Shown one piece after another: positions 52,566-63,681 of a DNA stretch of 63,681 nucleotides. The position numbers and the translations under genes are program-made. How positions within the stretch are numbered: the stretch's first letter is position 1; each line of letters starts with the position of its first letter. Origin of the DNA: Octopus bimaculoides (lineage: Eukaryota). The notes beneath the pieces were generated by a model that was given only the letters and a program-made list of their open reading frames with translations, made no database searches and was not told the DNA's origin. The stretch is taken from positions 13,850,613-13,914,293 of the forward strand of contig NC_069004.1 of NCBI RefSeq assembly GCF_001194135.2, written 5' to 3'.

Positions 52566-54757
52566 GGTTAGAATAAAGTAACTGAGGCAGTCAGACTATG
52601 TGATAATAATTAAACTTAGAGTCAACCATGCCTGCATTCACTGATGTAGGCATAGCTAAAAGGTCAAGAAGTTCATTTTACAGTCATGACATTCCAAGCC
52701 TTGTGAATGAAACTAGGTAGTTGGAAACTGTGTGGAAGCATAATGAATGTACAGTGCCTGCAATTTGTTGGTCCAGTCTTGTCACATATTGTATGATGCT
52801 AATATGGCTTGAGAATTAAGTTAAGAGCATATATGTTTGTGAAATACCCAGCTACTTGCATATCTAATTTAAAAAGTAGTTAGTTCAGTTGAATGACCAA
52901 CTGAATGTTCATTGCTGAAATTGAAAGAGCATCCATAAAATAAGCTTTCAAGCAACATGACATCAACAGAGATCTCTGCATATTTACTGCCATCAAAATT
53001 GATGGATGTGTAAGGAGTCGTTTTTATGAGGACCCTTGGGAGACAGCCTTGGCAACGGATGATAATGATCTACTTATAATGGCTATTGTCTTTTAGACAG
53101 ATGTTAGACAACATTGTGGCAATTACTTTGATGTATGCAAAAGCTATGGTACATGATACAAGGAATGAAATGGAATCAAGTCTGGAGCTCAATGGCACAA
53201 ACCATTTGCCATAATGATTTCAGCTATTGGATCAACTAGCTCACCATGAAACAGGATATGTAGATGGTTGTGAATACTTTTCCTCAGTGAAGAATGTATT
53301 ACAAAACCAACCTGTGACATCAGAATAGAAGCGAAATGGTTTCAAAGACACAAGACAATCTAGAGAAGGAAGATACAGAAGATGAAAGATCCTTTGCTCA
53401 CACATAAGTTCAGAAAACTACCAGGTGAAATCTTTGATAAGAGGAAAGAAGAAAAAGTGATGTATAACATAGAAGGCAACTGGGAGTTTCTATAGGATAA
53501 TCTACTGTTGGACATAGATCAGATGTGTGAATGGAACAAGTACCAGCTAGGTGGAAGATGACATGATGGCGGAATATGGTACAGTAGATAGATCAATTAA
53601 AATCTGAGAATCAGGTCTGGAAAGCAAGGGACAATATCAGGTATCTAGAATATAGATGTGTCATATATTTAGTATAGAGAAAAGAAAGATGTTTGCTGGT
53701 GGTGTTTTATAATGTGAGTTAGAGTAATTTCAGATGGCAAAACAGTGTATCAGTGTGAATCAGGAACATGACTGAGAAAAGTATATATAGATTGCTAGTG
53801 GCACACCCACCCTCACTGATGCTGAGAAGATGCAGGCATAGAAGTGAGACTATGAAAAATTGCCAAATGAGGAGACTACATGAGAGAGGGGGTATACTCA
53901 AGAGAGGAGTCAACTATTGAAGTTGACACATATATTGAAATGGCCAATAAGGATACGATGTTAGAAAAAGCAGCTAGAGTATCAGGGATAATTGCTGAGA
54001 TATGGTAAATAGTGGCAAATAGTATATACCAATGTTTGACTAGCATCATTGACATCTCATGACTGGCAGAGACAATTGTTGTGGTACTACTCCAAACTAT
54101 TTTGGAAAGTGGAAATCACCACTGGTTCCTGTCTTCAGTCATATGCAGAGGTTTACAGTGCTGTCAGACCAAAATTCGGTTTGTTTCTTTTTTTCACCAT
54201 CATTCAAGTACACCCTCAAGAATGGTTTTGAACAGGTAGTTATGTTGGAATACATATCCATACCAGGTGAGCTTTTAGAATTTCAGTGTAGTTACTTGAT
54301 ACAGATTTATTTAAAATTAACATGTTATCTAATATTATATAAAGTAGATAAGACGTTTTCCTCATGTTTTTGATTGTTTTGTTTTAAGTAGAAAACATCA
54401 ACTATTTATCGATTAGCTTCAGATGTTGATGGATTTGCCTCTAATATCCATAGATTTACCTCAGAAATTCATCGGTTCACCTCAGAGATTTGCCTTGGAT
54501 ATTCAGATATTGCTGCAAAATTTATAGACTTCTCTATGGAAATTAATAAATCTGCCTCAGAAATTTATAGATTTGCCTTGAATATTTTTGGTTAAAGTTA
54601 TTGAAACTGATGAAAGGAATAATTAATGCTAAGTTTTGGTAGTGAAGATAATTAATGAATTAATTAAAATGTTTGGCTTGCAGTGAGGTTTGAAGTAGGT
54701 ATAAGAAAGTAATATAAAAAATTTAAAAAATGGAAAAAAAAACAATTAAATATTTAC

Positions 54758-54879
54758 TTGGTCACTGGTTGGAGATTTGCATTCATCAGTAAATATTTGT
54801 CCAGTATTATTAGCATCAAGAGGTTGTGGTCTTTTTCCACGGGGAGAACGAGGTGCTCGCTGGTATGGATCCATAGATC
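54758..54879 (-). CDS. STXBP5: Tomosyn exon, 122 nt, phase 1 to 0, start of hypervariable region
   Basis: Acceptor ttgttttcag|, donor caa|gtaaat. Encodes (G)SMDPYQRAPRSPRGKRPQPLDANNTGQIFTDECKSPTSDQ; compare vertebrate GSNDPYRREPRSPR...CKSPTS. Confidence 0.93.
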
Positions 54880-56012
54880 CTGAAAACAATTGTAAAGAAT
54901 AAATAAATACAGCCTAGACAATGAATTTTGTGTTTTAAAATATATATTTCCTTTTTGGAGACCCAGGGATAAATGTAGAAGGAGATGGTTGGATAATATC
55001 CACAATCTCAGTTGGTGATGCTTAGAATTCCAGCTGGAAAGTGTCTATTGATGGTTGCTTCTGATAGGACCCTATGGAGGAGGTGCCTAAGGACTCTACC
55101 CCAATGATCATCTCAGGAATAGTGGGAGGAGAAGATACAGGGACGGATGGCTGGAACAATGGATCTTGAAGCACATAAAATTATAAATAATAGCATGTAA
55201 ATATTGAGTTGAAAAACTCCCCCGAAATTGAAGGCTGTGCATGGGACCTGAAACTATACCTTCTGTAAGTACAATGGGTTCATTTGATTCAATTAAAGAA
55301 AATCCCCAAAAATTGACTTCTAAAAGTTCACAATATTTTTCTTATAAATTGAGGAGAGAAAGAGGTAGCATCAATGACATTTGCATGTCGATATCTGCAG
55401 GAAACATGGGAGGGAGGAAACAAAGAATTTGGTCTGGAAGTTTACCCAAATGAACTCTTCAATTAAAGGTGTCTAATGACTGGCTGGTGGTGTCCAGGTA
55501 ATTGTTTCTGAGGCACAAGGCTAGAAATTTTTGGGAAAGGGAATAGTTAATATTATATCAACCCCAGTACTTGACTGGTACTTTATTTCATTGACCCTGT
55601 AAAGATGACCATGGCAGGATTTGAAACCAGAATACAACAGAAAGTGCTGTAACTAAATACTATATAGTATTGTCTTTGAGGCTCTAATAATTAGGCTAAT
55701 CCATTGCCCTATGTTAGGCTCAGATAATAAAGATTTATAAAAGAAAGAGGAGCTAAGAATGACTGGAATATATGTGATGACAACAACAAATGAATAGATG
55801 TAAAAATAAATGCAAAACAGACCCAGAAAAGATTGTGAAATAAATATAAACATGATGAAGTAGATTTAAAGATGAAATAATACAATGACAGATTATAATG
55901 TATTCGAAATAGACACATGATCTGACCAAAAATAAATCAACATTAAGAATTCAAATCTTTTATTCTATGACAACCGATTAAGCCAGAAGTTATCTTTAGT
56001 TTCTGTAAATAT

Positions 56013-56640
56013 TATGAGGACAATATATATTAATAACAGAAGCAGTATTAATACTGCAAGGTAATATTTATCTCCACTTAAACCTGGATGCTCTGTTAGA
56101 ACAAACTATACTGTGGTAGATGTCATGAAAGAAACTCTCATATAAGTTTTTTGGTACAACACGCACCCTTGTTTATATCACTAGTAGGGAAATAAATCTC
56201 CATTTCCAACACTGAGGCCATCAGATCACATAATTTTGACATTACTTAGTCTTGTCAATGATGAACACTCAACTGCTAGAGATAGCAGCAACTTGTCTCT
56301 CCACCAGTGATATATAGCAAAACAGTGCCAGAACAGGCACTGATGTTGCGATTAACCAGTGAGCTTGTTAAAAAAATATATATTAGCAATAGAGGCAGTA
56401 TTAATACTGAAAGGTAATATTTATCCCCACTTAAATATGGATGTTCTGTTAGAACATGCTATATTGCAGTAGACACCATGAGAGAAACTCTCATACTGGC
56501 TTTTGGAGTGATGTAAACAAGAGTGCATTCTGCACCAAAAGCCAGTTTGAGAGTTTCCCTCATGGTGTCTACTGCAATATGGCATGTTCTAACAGAACAT
56601 CCATGTTTAAGTGGGGATAAATATTACCTATGAGGACAAT
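56013..56640. repeat. Direct plus inverted triplication of a ~130-bp unit
   Basis: Copy 1 ~56025-56183 (+), copy 2 ~56378-56510 (+), copy 3 ~56511-56629 (-). The block is bounded by tatgaggacaat at 56013-24 and 56629-40. Confidence 0.8.
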
Positions 56641-56814
56641 GAACTGTGCTCTAAATCTCACAGTAATCGCCTGGATAGACTGCAAGAATTTTCCTATAAG
56701 ATAGAGTTAAATGTCTTGCTGTCAGTGAAATAGGAAATCAATAGAATAAGTGCCAAACATTTATAACATGAATTTGTATGGCAGCAGCGAATTGATTTAT
56801 TTAGCAACCAGCAC

Positions 56815-57140
56815 AGTGAAGGCACATGGCTTAGTGGTTAGCGTATTCGGCTCACGGTTCTAAGGTCATGAGTTCAATTCACAGTGATGCATTGCGTCCA
56901 GGGGCAAGACACTTTATTTCAAATTGCTCCAGTCCACTCAGCTGGCAAAAATGAGTAGCACCTATATTTTGAAGGGCCAGCCGTATCATGCTCTGTGTCA
57001 TGCTGAATCTCCCTGAGATCTACATGGCGGGTACACGTGTCTGTGGAGTGCATGCACATGCATGTTAATTTCATGAGCAGGCTGATCCATTGATTGGATC
57101 AACTGGAACCCACATCATCATAACCAATCCGGAGTGCCAG
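56815..57140 (+). mobile_element. SINE family C
   Basis: gcacatggcttagtggttagcgtattcggctcACGg...gagttcaattc...gatcaactggaaccc. Confidence 0.8.
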
Positions 57141-57358
57141 TTTATATTTCAGCACAAAATGATTTAATCTGAGATAATATATTGAAGCTGAGGTAGTTTA
57201 CATAATGTTTGTCATACTAATTATGTATAATATGCTCACACATGCTATGTATGTAGTCTTTTATTGCTTACAACAGCATATATTATTGAGTTTCAAGGTA
57301 TGTCATGCATTTAAGATCTGGTTATTGATACTCTTCTTCCTTGAAGTAATAGTATATA

Positions 57359-58209
57359 CAGGTGTTAGGGGTAAATTTGAAGAGTTTTTATGCCTCCTTT
57401 TTTTTCAGGAACATGTTGAGGTATTAGTCAATGGCATTGGAAAGCATAAAGACTGAAGTCATAGTTGAGAAAAAGTTAGTTGATATGGTGGAGTGGAGGT
57501 GATCTGAATATTGGAAAAGAGTTACCTCCACCTTGATGATTGCATCGGGTATCAAAATGACTGCTGCTCAATGTTCTGTGAACATTGTAAAAGCTGTATA
57601 AGATGTGATATGGACAGCTGCAAAGGAAACTATGAAGCTAGGGCCAGAAGAAAGGGACATAGCCAGTGGAATTCATCTCCACATCTTTGAACAGGGCCTT
57701 CAGCCCAATTCAGATGGTTATATGAAAGTGTTGGAGACTATGGTCAAATGCTGGCTGGAAGGTCACATGTATGGCAGCAGGGTTCGGATTTTTGCCATAC
57801 CTCCAAAAAGAGTCAGAAAAAGTTGTCAGAGAATTTCTGCAACTTCACCAGCTCCAATTTCTGATCTTCTAATTTCCCCGATTGTGACCCCATGGATTAA
57901 CATGTGTGAGGCACAGTTGAGAATGACACCAGCTGTTTTGCCTGCAATGCCAAAGCCAAGCTGGTGGCCAAAATCAAGGAGGTGTTTGAAGATCTTCCCA
58001 AGAACACAATGAAGAATGCATTCACCAGGTTCTAGAGCCATCTCGAGGCAAGGGTGAAAGCTGAGGACAGCTACTTTGAGTAAACTGTTATCTTTCAGCC
58101 ATAATAAAGTTGATAGGTTTTGATTTTTTTAAATACTTTTATTTTTGGATGAGATATTGTGCTTTCTTTTCCATTTATGCAAACTGTCAAATTTAACCTG
58201 AAAATCCTG
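57359..58209 (+). mobile_element. Internally deleted Tc1/mariner element of maT (DD37D) type
   Basis: Imperfect TIRs (caggtgttaggggtaaatttga / tcaaatttaacctgaaaatcctg) with TA flanks. Degenerate HIFEQGLQPNSDGY, WQQ(G)SDFCH-x-DCDPMD with 37 residues between the second and third catalytic positions, ending ...EDSYFE*. Confidence 0.8.
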
Positions 58210-58384
58210 TATAATAGTATATAATATTGGATGCCAAAGTATATTATATATTTAAGTTCTGATCATCCATACTCTAATTCTCTGCAGCAGAAATAATGAT
58301 TTCTTACACTGAACACAAGGTCACAACTATTTATTGGGATGGTAACAGAAGGGGAGTGTAATGAATTTCATTGATTGGTGGTCT

Positions 58385-58690
58385 GGCACTCCCCTAGTTA
58401 TGATGATGAGTATTCCAGCAGATTCACTGAATGGAACAGTCTGCTTGGGAAATTAGCTTGCAAGTGGTTGAGCACTCCAGACATGTATACTCTTAACATA
58501 ATTCCCAGGGAGATTCAGCATGTGACAAGGCTAACCCTCTGAATTACAGGTACAACTCATCTTTGCCAGCTGAGTGGACTGGAGCAACATGAAATAAAGT
58601 GTCTTGCTCAAGGACACAACATGCCACCAGGAACTGAACTCACATCCTTATGAATTTGAGCTGAATACCCTAGCCATTAAACCATGTGGA
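58385..58690 (-). mobile_element. SINE family C
   Basis: Reverse complement of 56815-57140; the two copies form an inverted pair around the maT element. Confidence 0.75.
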
Positions 58691-58943
58691 CAAAAGGTAA
58701 AGTCAACCTCAGCATGACTTGAACTTAAAACATAAAAGATTGTAAGTAAATACTATAAGGCATTTTGTCTGCTGTCTTACTAATTCAGCCAAGGCAATTT
58801 GAAATTACTTGATTAATTCTAATCAAAATTTAATGCGGTTTTGTTGATTTAATAAGGACTTTATTTAAAAGTAGGCAGTATTTGGAAGAACTGTAGGATG
58901 GATGTTTTAGGTAATGCAATAATATACAAGTAAGAATATTCAC

Positions 58944-59032
58944 CATACAAATCAGGTGTCCCAATATTAAGCAAACAAATTTTCTGGATTATGTCCACTA
59001 CAGCTAGACCAGATTCATTGCCAAAAGCCATT
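58944..59032 (-). CDS. STXBP5: Tomosyn exon, 89 nt, phase 2 to 1
   Basis: Acceptor ttatttcag|, donor g|gtgaat. Encodes (L)MAFGNESGLAVVDIIQKICLLNIGTPDLY(G), the tomosyn FGN..G...VD..QK..LLN motif. In frame with both neighbours. Confidence 0.95.
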
Positions 59033-60127
59033 CTGAAATAAATAAATAAATAAAAATAGAAATAAGAAAGTATGTTTGTGTATATGTATATATTTATAAA
59101 TGTAAGAATAAAAATGGTAAGTTTTATTCAAAGAAAGGCCGAATAACTAAGCAAGAATATCTAATCCTACAATAACAATCAATATTCAAGTACCAATTCT
59201 TTAAACATTATAGAAAGAAGCATTCCAAGACCAATTGTAATTGTTCAATTCTGGTCAACTTGTTAACCCTGGACTGTTCCACTAAAGTGACTAATCAAAT
59301 GTTCAAAAGTGATCTACAGATCAAGATAGTCAGTTATGGGTAGTCAAACACTGTTGTTTGATCAGTGTTCATGATATGGTTATCACACTCTCGCTTTGGT
59401 TAATCTGTCTTAGAAGTAAGGACTGAATTGATATTAATTCTGATAAGTTATAACATGAAGAGAAAGTAATTTTGAACAGCATTTATTAGAAAGAGTTTTT
59501 GTTTCTGAAGAATATTACTTTTGTCCATGAAGAGTACATCTTTACTAGTTTATTTGATAAAACATTGAAAAATAAATGTCAAAATTAACTCTTGGGTAAC
59601 ACACGACTCATTGCTCATTCCCTTTTCTTTTCAGCTCCTGTTTTAGTAGTATCTCCTCCACTTACATTTCTCTTCCAAATTGAGATCTGTCATTGCACAG
59701 TGAAATTTTAATTCACAACATTGTTGTAGTTATTACAAAATTTAGTCAATTATCTTTCTAAAAGCGTCTCACAGCCACCATGTGATGATTAAGCCATCAC
59801 CATAAAGTGACAAAATTAAACATATTTATCAATCAAATGAAATTAATTAAAAAAAAAAAATTATTGGAAGTTAATCTTAAAATCAGATAAAGTTTATGTC
59901 CAGACTTGTTTATACTAAAAATAAATAAAAAACAACTACATGAAAATTTAAAAATATTCTGAAATCTGTTTTAAAATACTTTCTAACTTCAAAGAGAATT
60001 TTAAAGAGGTTGTATTTCAAAGTCAAATGGATAGCATAAAAGAAATAAGTTCTATTTGGAAGCTGACTGAAGTTCACATTTATACTATTCTACATAGTCA
60101 TGTCAAAGACAAGAAAAATGGACTCAC

Positions 60128-60273
60128 AGGCCATAGGAAGAATTAACACATATACTAGTCACATTCCCTGGATGCTCATTGTCAATCCATGCCAAAAGAC
60201 ACACTATGTCAGGCTGGAAACCTGGGTTCCATCGCCGCTGGGAGGGTTTTACCTTTAATGCTGTGCTGTATTC
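60128..60273 (-). CDS. STXBP5: Tomosyn exon (WD40 region), 146 nt, phase 0 to 2
   Basis: Acceptor tcaatcttccag|, donor ct|gtgagt. Encodes EYSTALKVKPSQRRWNPGFQPDIVCLLAWIDNEHPGNVTSICVNSSYGL, matching the tomosyn LKVK...PG(Y/F)Q...W....P..(I/V)TSL.VNSSYGL segment. Confidence 0.93.
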
Positions 60274-63200
60274 CTGGAAGATTGATGAAGTCATTAATAT
60301 AATTGTTTCGAAAACCAACATGTTCAACAAAAACTTTCAATGTAAACAGATATTTCTAGAAACACTGAAAATAATCATTTAAAAAAAGCTAAATTTTACT
60401 TGATGCAAAATCATGTTAAAAGAACAACAAAAACCACAAACACAGAAACTGCTGCCAAATTTTTTGTGACTGTAATGAGATTGGATATAAAAATAGACGA
60501 ATTTAAAAAGCTTTTGTAATGCACTTTACTTTTCATGGGATGTAGCAATGTCGGGAGAAATTAGTTAATTTAGAAATTATAAGCTATCTGTATTAACAAT
60601 ATTTGTATTAACAAGTACTTGAACTTTTTGCTATTTTCTTAGTGTTTTCCTCATATATTTAGAGTTTTGAAGTTGAAAACTATTAAAAAAAAAAAAAAAA
60701 AAATAAATACAATGCATTGCTATTTTGTTGGCAGAGGAATTACTGTAGTCTTTAGGTTCCAAGATCATAGAAGGATAGAGGTAAGAGTAAGAATGTAGTT
60801 GTTTGTAAAATCATGTGCCATTGAAATTCTTCAGACTTCCTTCACATAACATTATGACATCTGAGCAAAGGTAAGAAAGTCCATATTTTATTTTGCTTAT
60901 TTATTAGTTTAGGATGGAAGAACAGTACTATAGCTTTTCTCCATCTCTCCAAGTCTAGAGAATAGTGGATGGGGTTAATAAGAGAAACATGGGAGTAAGA
61001 TATGGTTTCTCATGGGGGAAGGTATTCACTTAGGATTGCATAAAAGGCTTAGTATGAGTTGATAACATTAAGGATTGTACTCAAGCACTAATCTGATGTG
61101 GAGTCAGATGCAGAGGTGAATCAAAGACTAAAATATTCTTGCCAACTCAATGCAGTGGAGAGCAGCTGACAACACAAAAGCAATGAACAGCCAGAGGATG
61201 AAAGACAGAAGTCAGTAGCACAGCAAGCAGCTAACTACACTTTAACTGCTGTTACAACTACACCAAAAACAATAACATTCAAAATGCACTTGACAGTATT
61301 TACTTTTTGTTTATGGGAAGAATAAAATACTGTTTATCAAAAATCAAAACAGATTTCATCATCCTCTTCAACCCTAACAAATTATATTTAAATATAGAAA
61401 TGAGATTGTATAGGGAAGTATAAAGAAATAGAATTTCATTTATTACTGAATTACATTTTAGTTATTTAAATTTTGATCCTACTTTTCAAAAGTTGATTAA
61501 GTAAGATCCTGTATACCTCTGACAAAATTTGAAGTTAAATTCATATCAACCTGTGATTATCTGAAATCACAATATATACTAAAATACTCAAATTATAATA
61601 GCAATTAATCGCAACAAATAAAATCAAATAAATAGATCTTTAACTTTAAAAAGTTACATTTTCTTTCCTTTCCTTTTTTGTTAATAGATTTATATTTATT
61701 TCTCCAGATTACATTTTGAAATTTGTTTGGACAGGGAGTGGCATTTGTCAGCTAAGCAGACTGAGGCCTACATCTCAATAAACCCAAGTATGGGTTTGAG
61801 CTCATGATTATATATTGCCAGTACTGAAGGTTGGATAGTTGGGATAAAGTTGTCATGGATGAGACATAAAAGCAGTTTGTCATCATCATCATTTAACGTC
61901 CATTTTTCCATGCTGGCATGGGTTAGATGGTTTGACAGGAGATAGTAAACTGAAGAGCTGCACTAGTTAATTATCTTATTAGTGAAGATTAGCCATTTTC
62001 TTGACTCAGATTTCCAAGTGACAAATAGATAACAGTGTCACTTCAAGGAATGCATTGAATGCTAAAAGCAGCATTATATTATTTGTAAGTATTACTATGA
62101 AAACACAGTTTCTTCTTGGATAACATCAATATATTAACAATTATTATTTTTTTAACAAAAAAAATTAAAAATATCAAGTGTTAATGTAAGATGGGCAGAT
62201 GACTGAATGAGCATTGTTAGTAAAAATACAATACTTTCCATTGCTGGTATTACTATATTTCTTTAGACTATAACATATTATTGTTATCAACAAAATTGCT
62301 TTTAAGTATAGTAAGTTTTTTTTTTTCAGACAGTTGTCTTATGAAGACTTCCAAAATTTTATATATTGCTTTTTATTTTTTTAAGAAAATGCTTTCATGT
62401 TACAAAAACTTTTTGTTGCTAAAAATATGGTACAGAATCCAGAAAAAAAAAGAGGCTTAAACAAAATATCTAACAATAAGAAAGTAATTCTGTTTCAACT
62501 GGATTGTTAGATATTTCTTTATGGGCTAGTAGCAACACCAACTCAGAAGTACAAATAGCAACCACTATGAAAGTGTTGCAAAATGATAACGTAACTTCTT
62601 GATAAATATATTAGTAATGTAAAATTAAAAAAAAAAATAAAGCCAAGACACAATCAAAAGAAAATATTCCATGCACTCAGATATTGCATATTTTTTGGTA
62701 GTAAACAGATTTAATACTTATGGAGTGAAGATAAAAGTTAAAAAAAGGAAGTTAAATTTAAAATTATCATTTCACATAACCATTACAAGACATTCAGGTG
62801 AAGAATAAAGTTTTAAAAGGAATCAATATATTATTAAGCAACAGGAATGTAAGAAAAAACAAGTCATTTTCAAGAAAACATGGAAAAAAAAAAATCAATA
62901 TCAGTTTGTGTTGGGTGGTTCAAGTAGAATTATAAGATATTCTTTAAAATCTCACTAAATCTGATGCAAGTTGATGTTGTGTGAAAGGAATAAATAAAAT
63001 GATAAAAAAATAATTAAAACAAATTATTTTCACTTCAAGTTAGTTTAAAATGTTGGAAATATATAATTGTATTTTTTAATAAAAACTACAATAAGAAATA
63101 ACTAGTCAGAAATGCTTCCATGTTAGAAGAGGCAGTAAAATGTCACCCCCACCTCCTCCAAAAAACCCAAATAAAATAAAAAAAGAATCAAGATGAATGA

Positions 63201-63465
63201 AAGAGCTGAAAAAACAAAAACAGATAAATAAGATCCGTTCACCATCTGCCCAGAAAATTTACCATGATTTTGATAGAGATGGATAATTTAGGGATATAAT
63301 GAATATTTGAATCTCCAACTTAAATACATAGCAGATGTCTCCCCTAAAACAGTGGTTCTTAACCTGAATAGTAATGTTCCCTTTTTTGAAATGAGAGCTC
63401 ACAAAGGGGCAGTTAATGCAATGGGGAGGTGGTGGTACCAAGGGGAGGGGATGAGTATTTAGAGC

Positions 63466-63605
63466 AGTGAATGTCAACCATTTATATCCCTATGGACCCC
63501 TTTGATTCCTATTTTATTCAACTGGACCCTAATTAACATTCAATATTTAAAAAAAAAATCCTATTATATTTGTAAAATTAAATATCACAAGGAATTGTAT
63601 ATTTT
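63466..63605. mobile_element. Partial inverted copy of the 52310-52565 MITE family
   Basis: cctttgattcct...cattcaatatttaaaaaaa...tcctattatattt...aggaattgta matches the reverse complement of about 52430-52550. Truncated by a SINE tail. Confidence 0.6.
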
Positions 63606-63681
63606 TTATCTTTCATCTTTTACTTGTCTCAGTCATTAGACTGTGGCCATGCTGAAGCACTGCTTTGAAGAATTTTTAGTC
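63606..63681 (-). mobile_element. SINE family B 3' end (runs off the window)
   Basis: ttttacttgtctcagtcattagactgtggccatgctgaagcactgc. Confidence 0.7.

Noticed and set aside
55241-55453. 70-aa plus-strand ORF that looks protein-like
   Set aside because: It is antisense within a tomosyn intron, unspliced and has no recognisable family; length is within chance.
59666-59686. 21-nt candidate microexon (acag|...aat|gtaagt), in frame between two tomosyn exons
   Set aside because: The polypyrimidine tract is poor, and it would insert SQFGREI into the conserved YGL-MAFGN strand. Only junction reads could rescue it.
60128-60273. Assignment of the gene to lethal giant larvae (LLGL)
   Set aside because: VNSSYGL, DPY.R.PRSP, FSRSRSSS and QPVIVSPSGTI.RLKGAIL are tomosyn-type, not Lgl-type.

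Overview
AT-rich, microsatellite- and SINE-dense eukaryotic genomic DNA. The repeat families suggest a coleoid cephalopod, probably Octopus (inference). There are eight N-gaps: about 10228-10238, 11599-12427, 16573-16833, 18776-18987, 19756-20667, 30455-30968, 32831-33297 and 43246-43254. The whole window appears to lie inside one minus-strand gene, a tomosyn (STXBP5/STXBP5L) orthologue. I recovered six conserved, phase-compatible exons (60273-60128, 59032-58944, 54879-54758, 8885-8766, 6337-6218, 5854-5717). Two further exons lie in the ~46 kb interval corresponding to the tomosyn hypervariable region: a 784-nt exon (38645-37862) and a second exon starting at 35611 or 35607. The introns hold several tRNA-derived SINE families, mariner/maT/hAT DNA-transposon relics, R4/Dong fragments in (TAA)n, a Hero-type LINE fragment, a Penelope-like element with a downstream hammerhead-like motif, and several fold-backs and duplications. 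The most interesting items concern the hypervariable region: a giant exon with a SIM-like VIDLT and a tail-like FKGLF motif, a tandem acceptor 4 nt apart that would keep frame whether or not the 784-nt exon is included, and a possible premature-stop isoform. All splice models come from reading the sequence by hand, with no transcript evidence. I found no evidence for a wholly new class of system.
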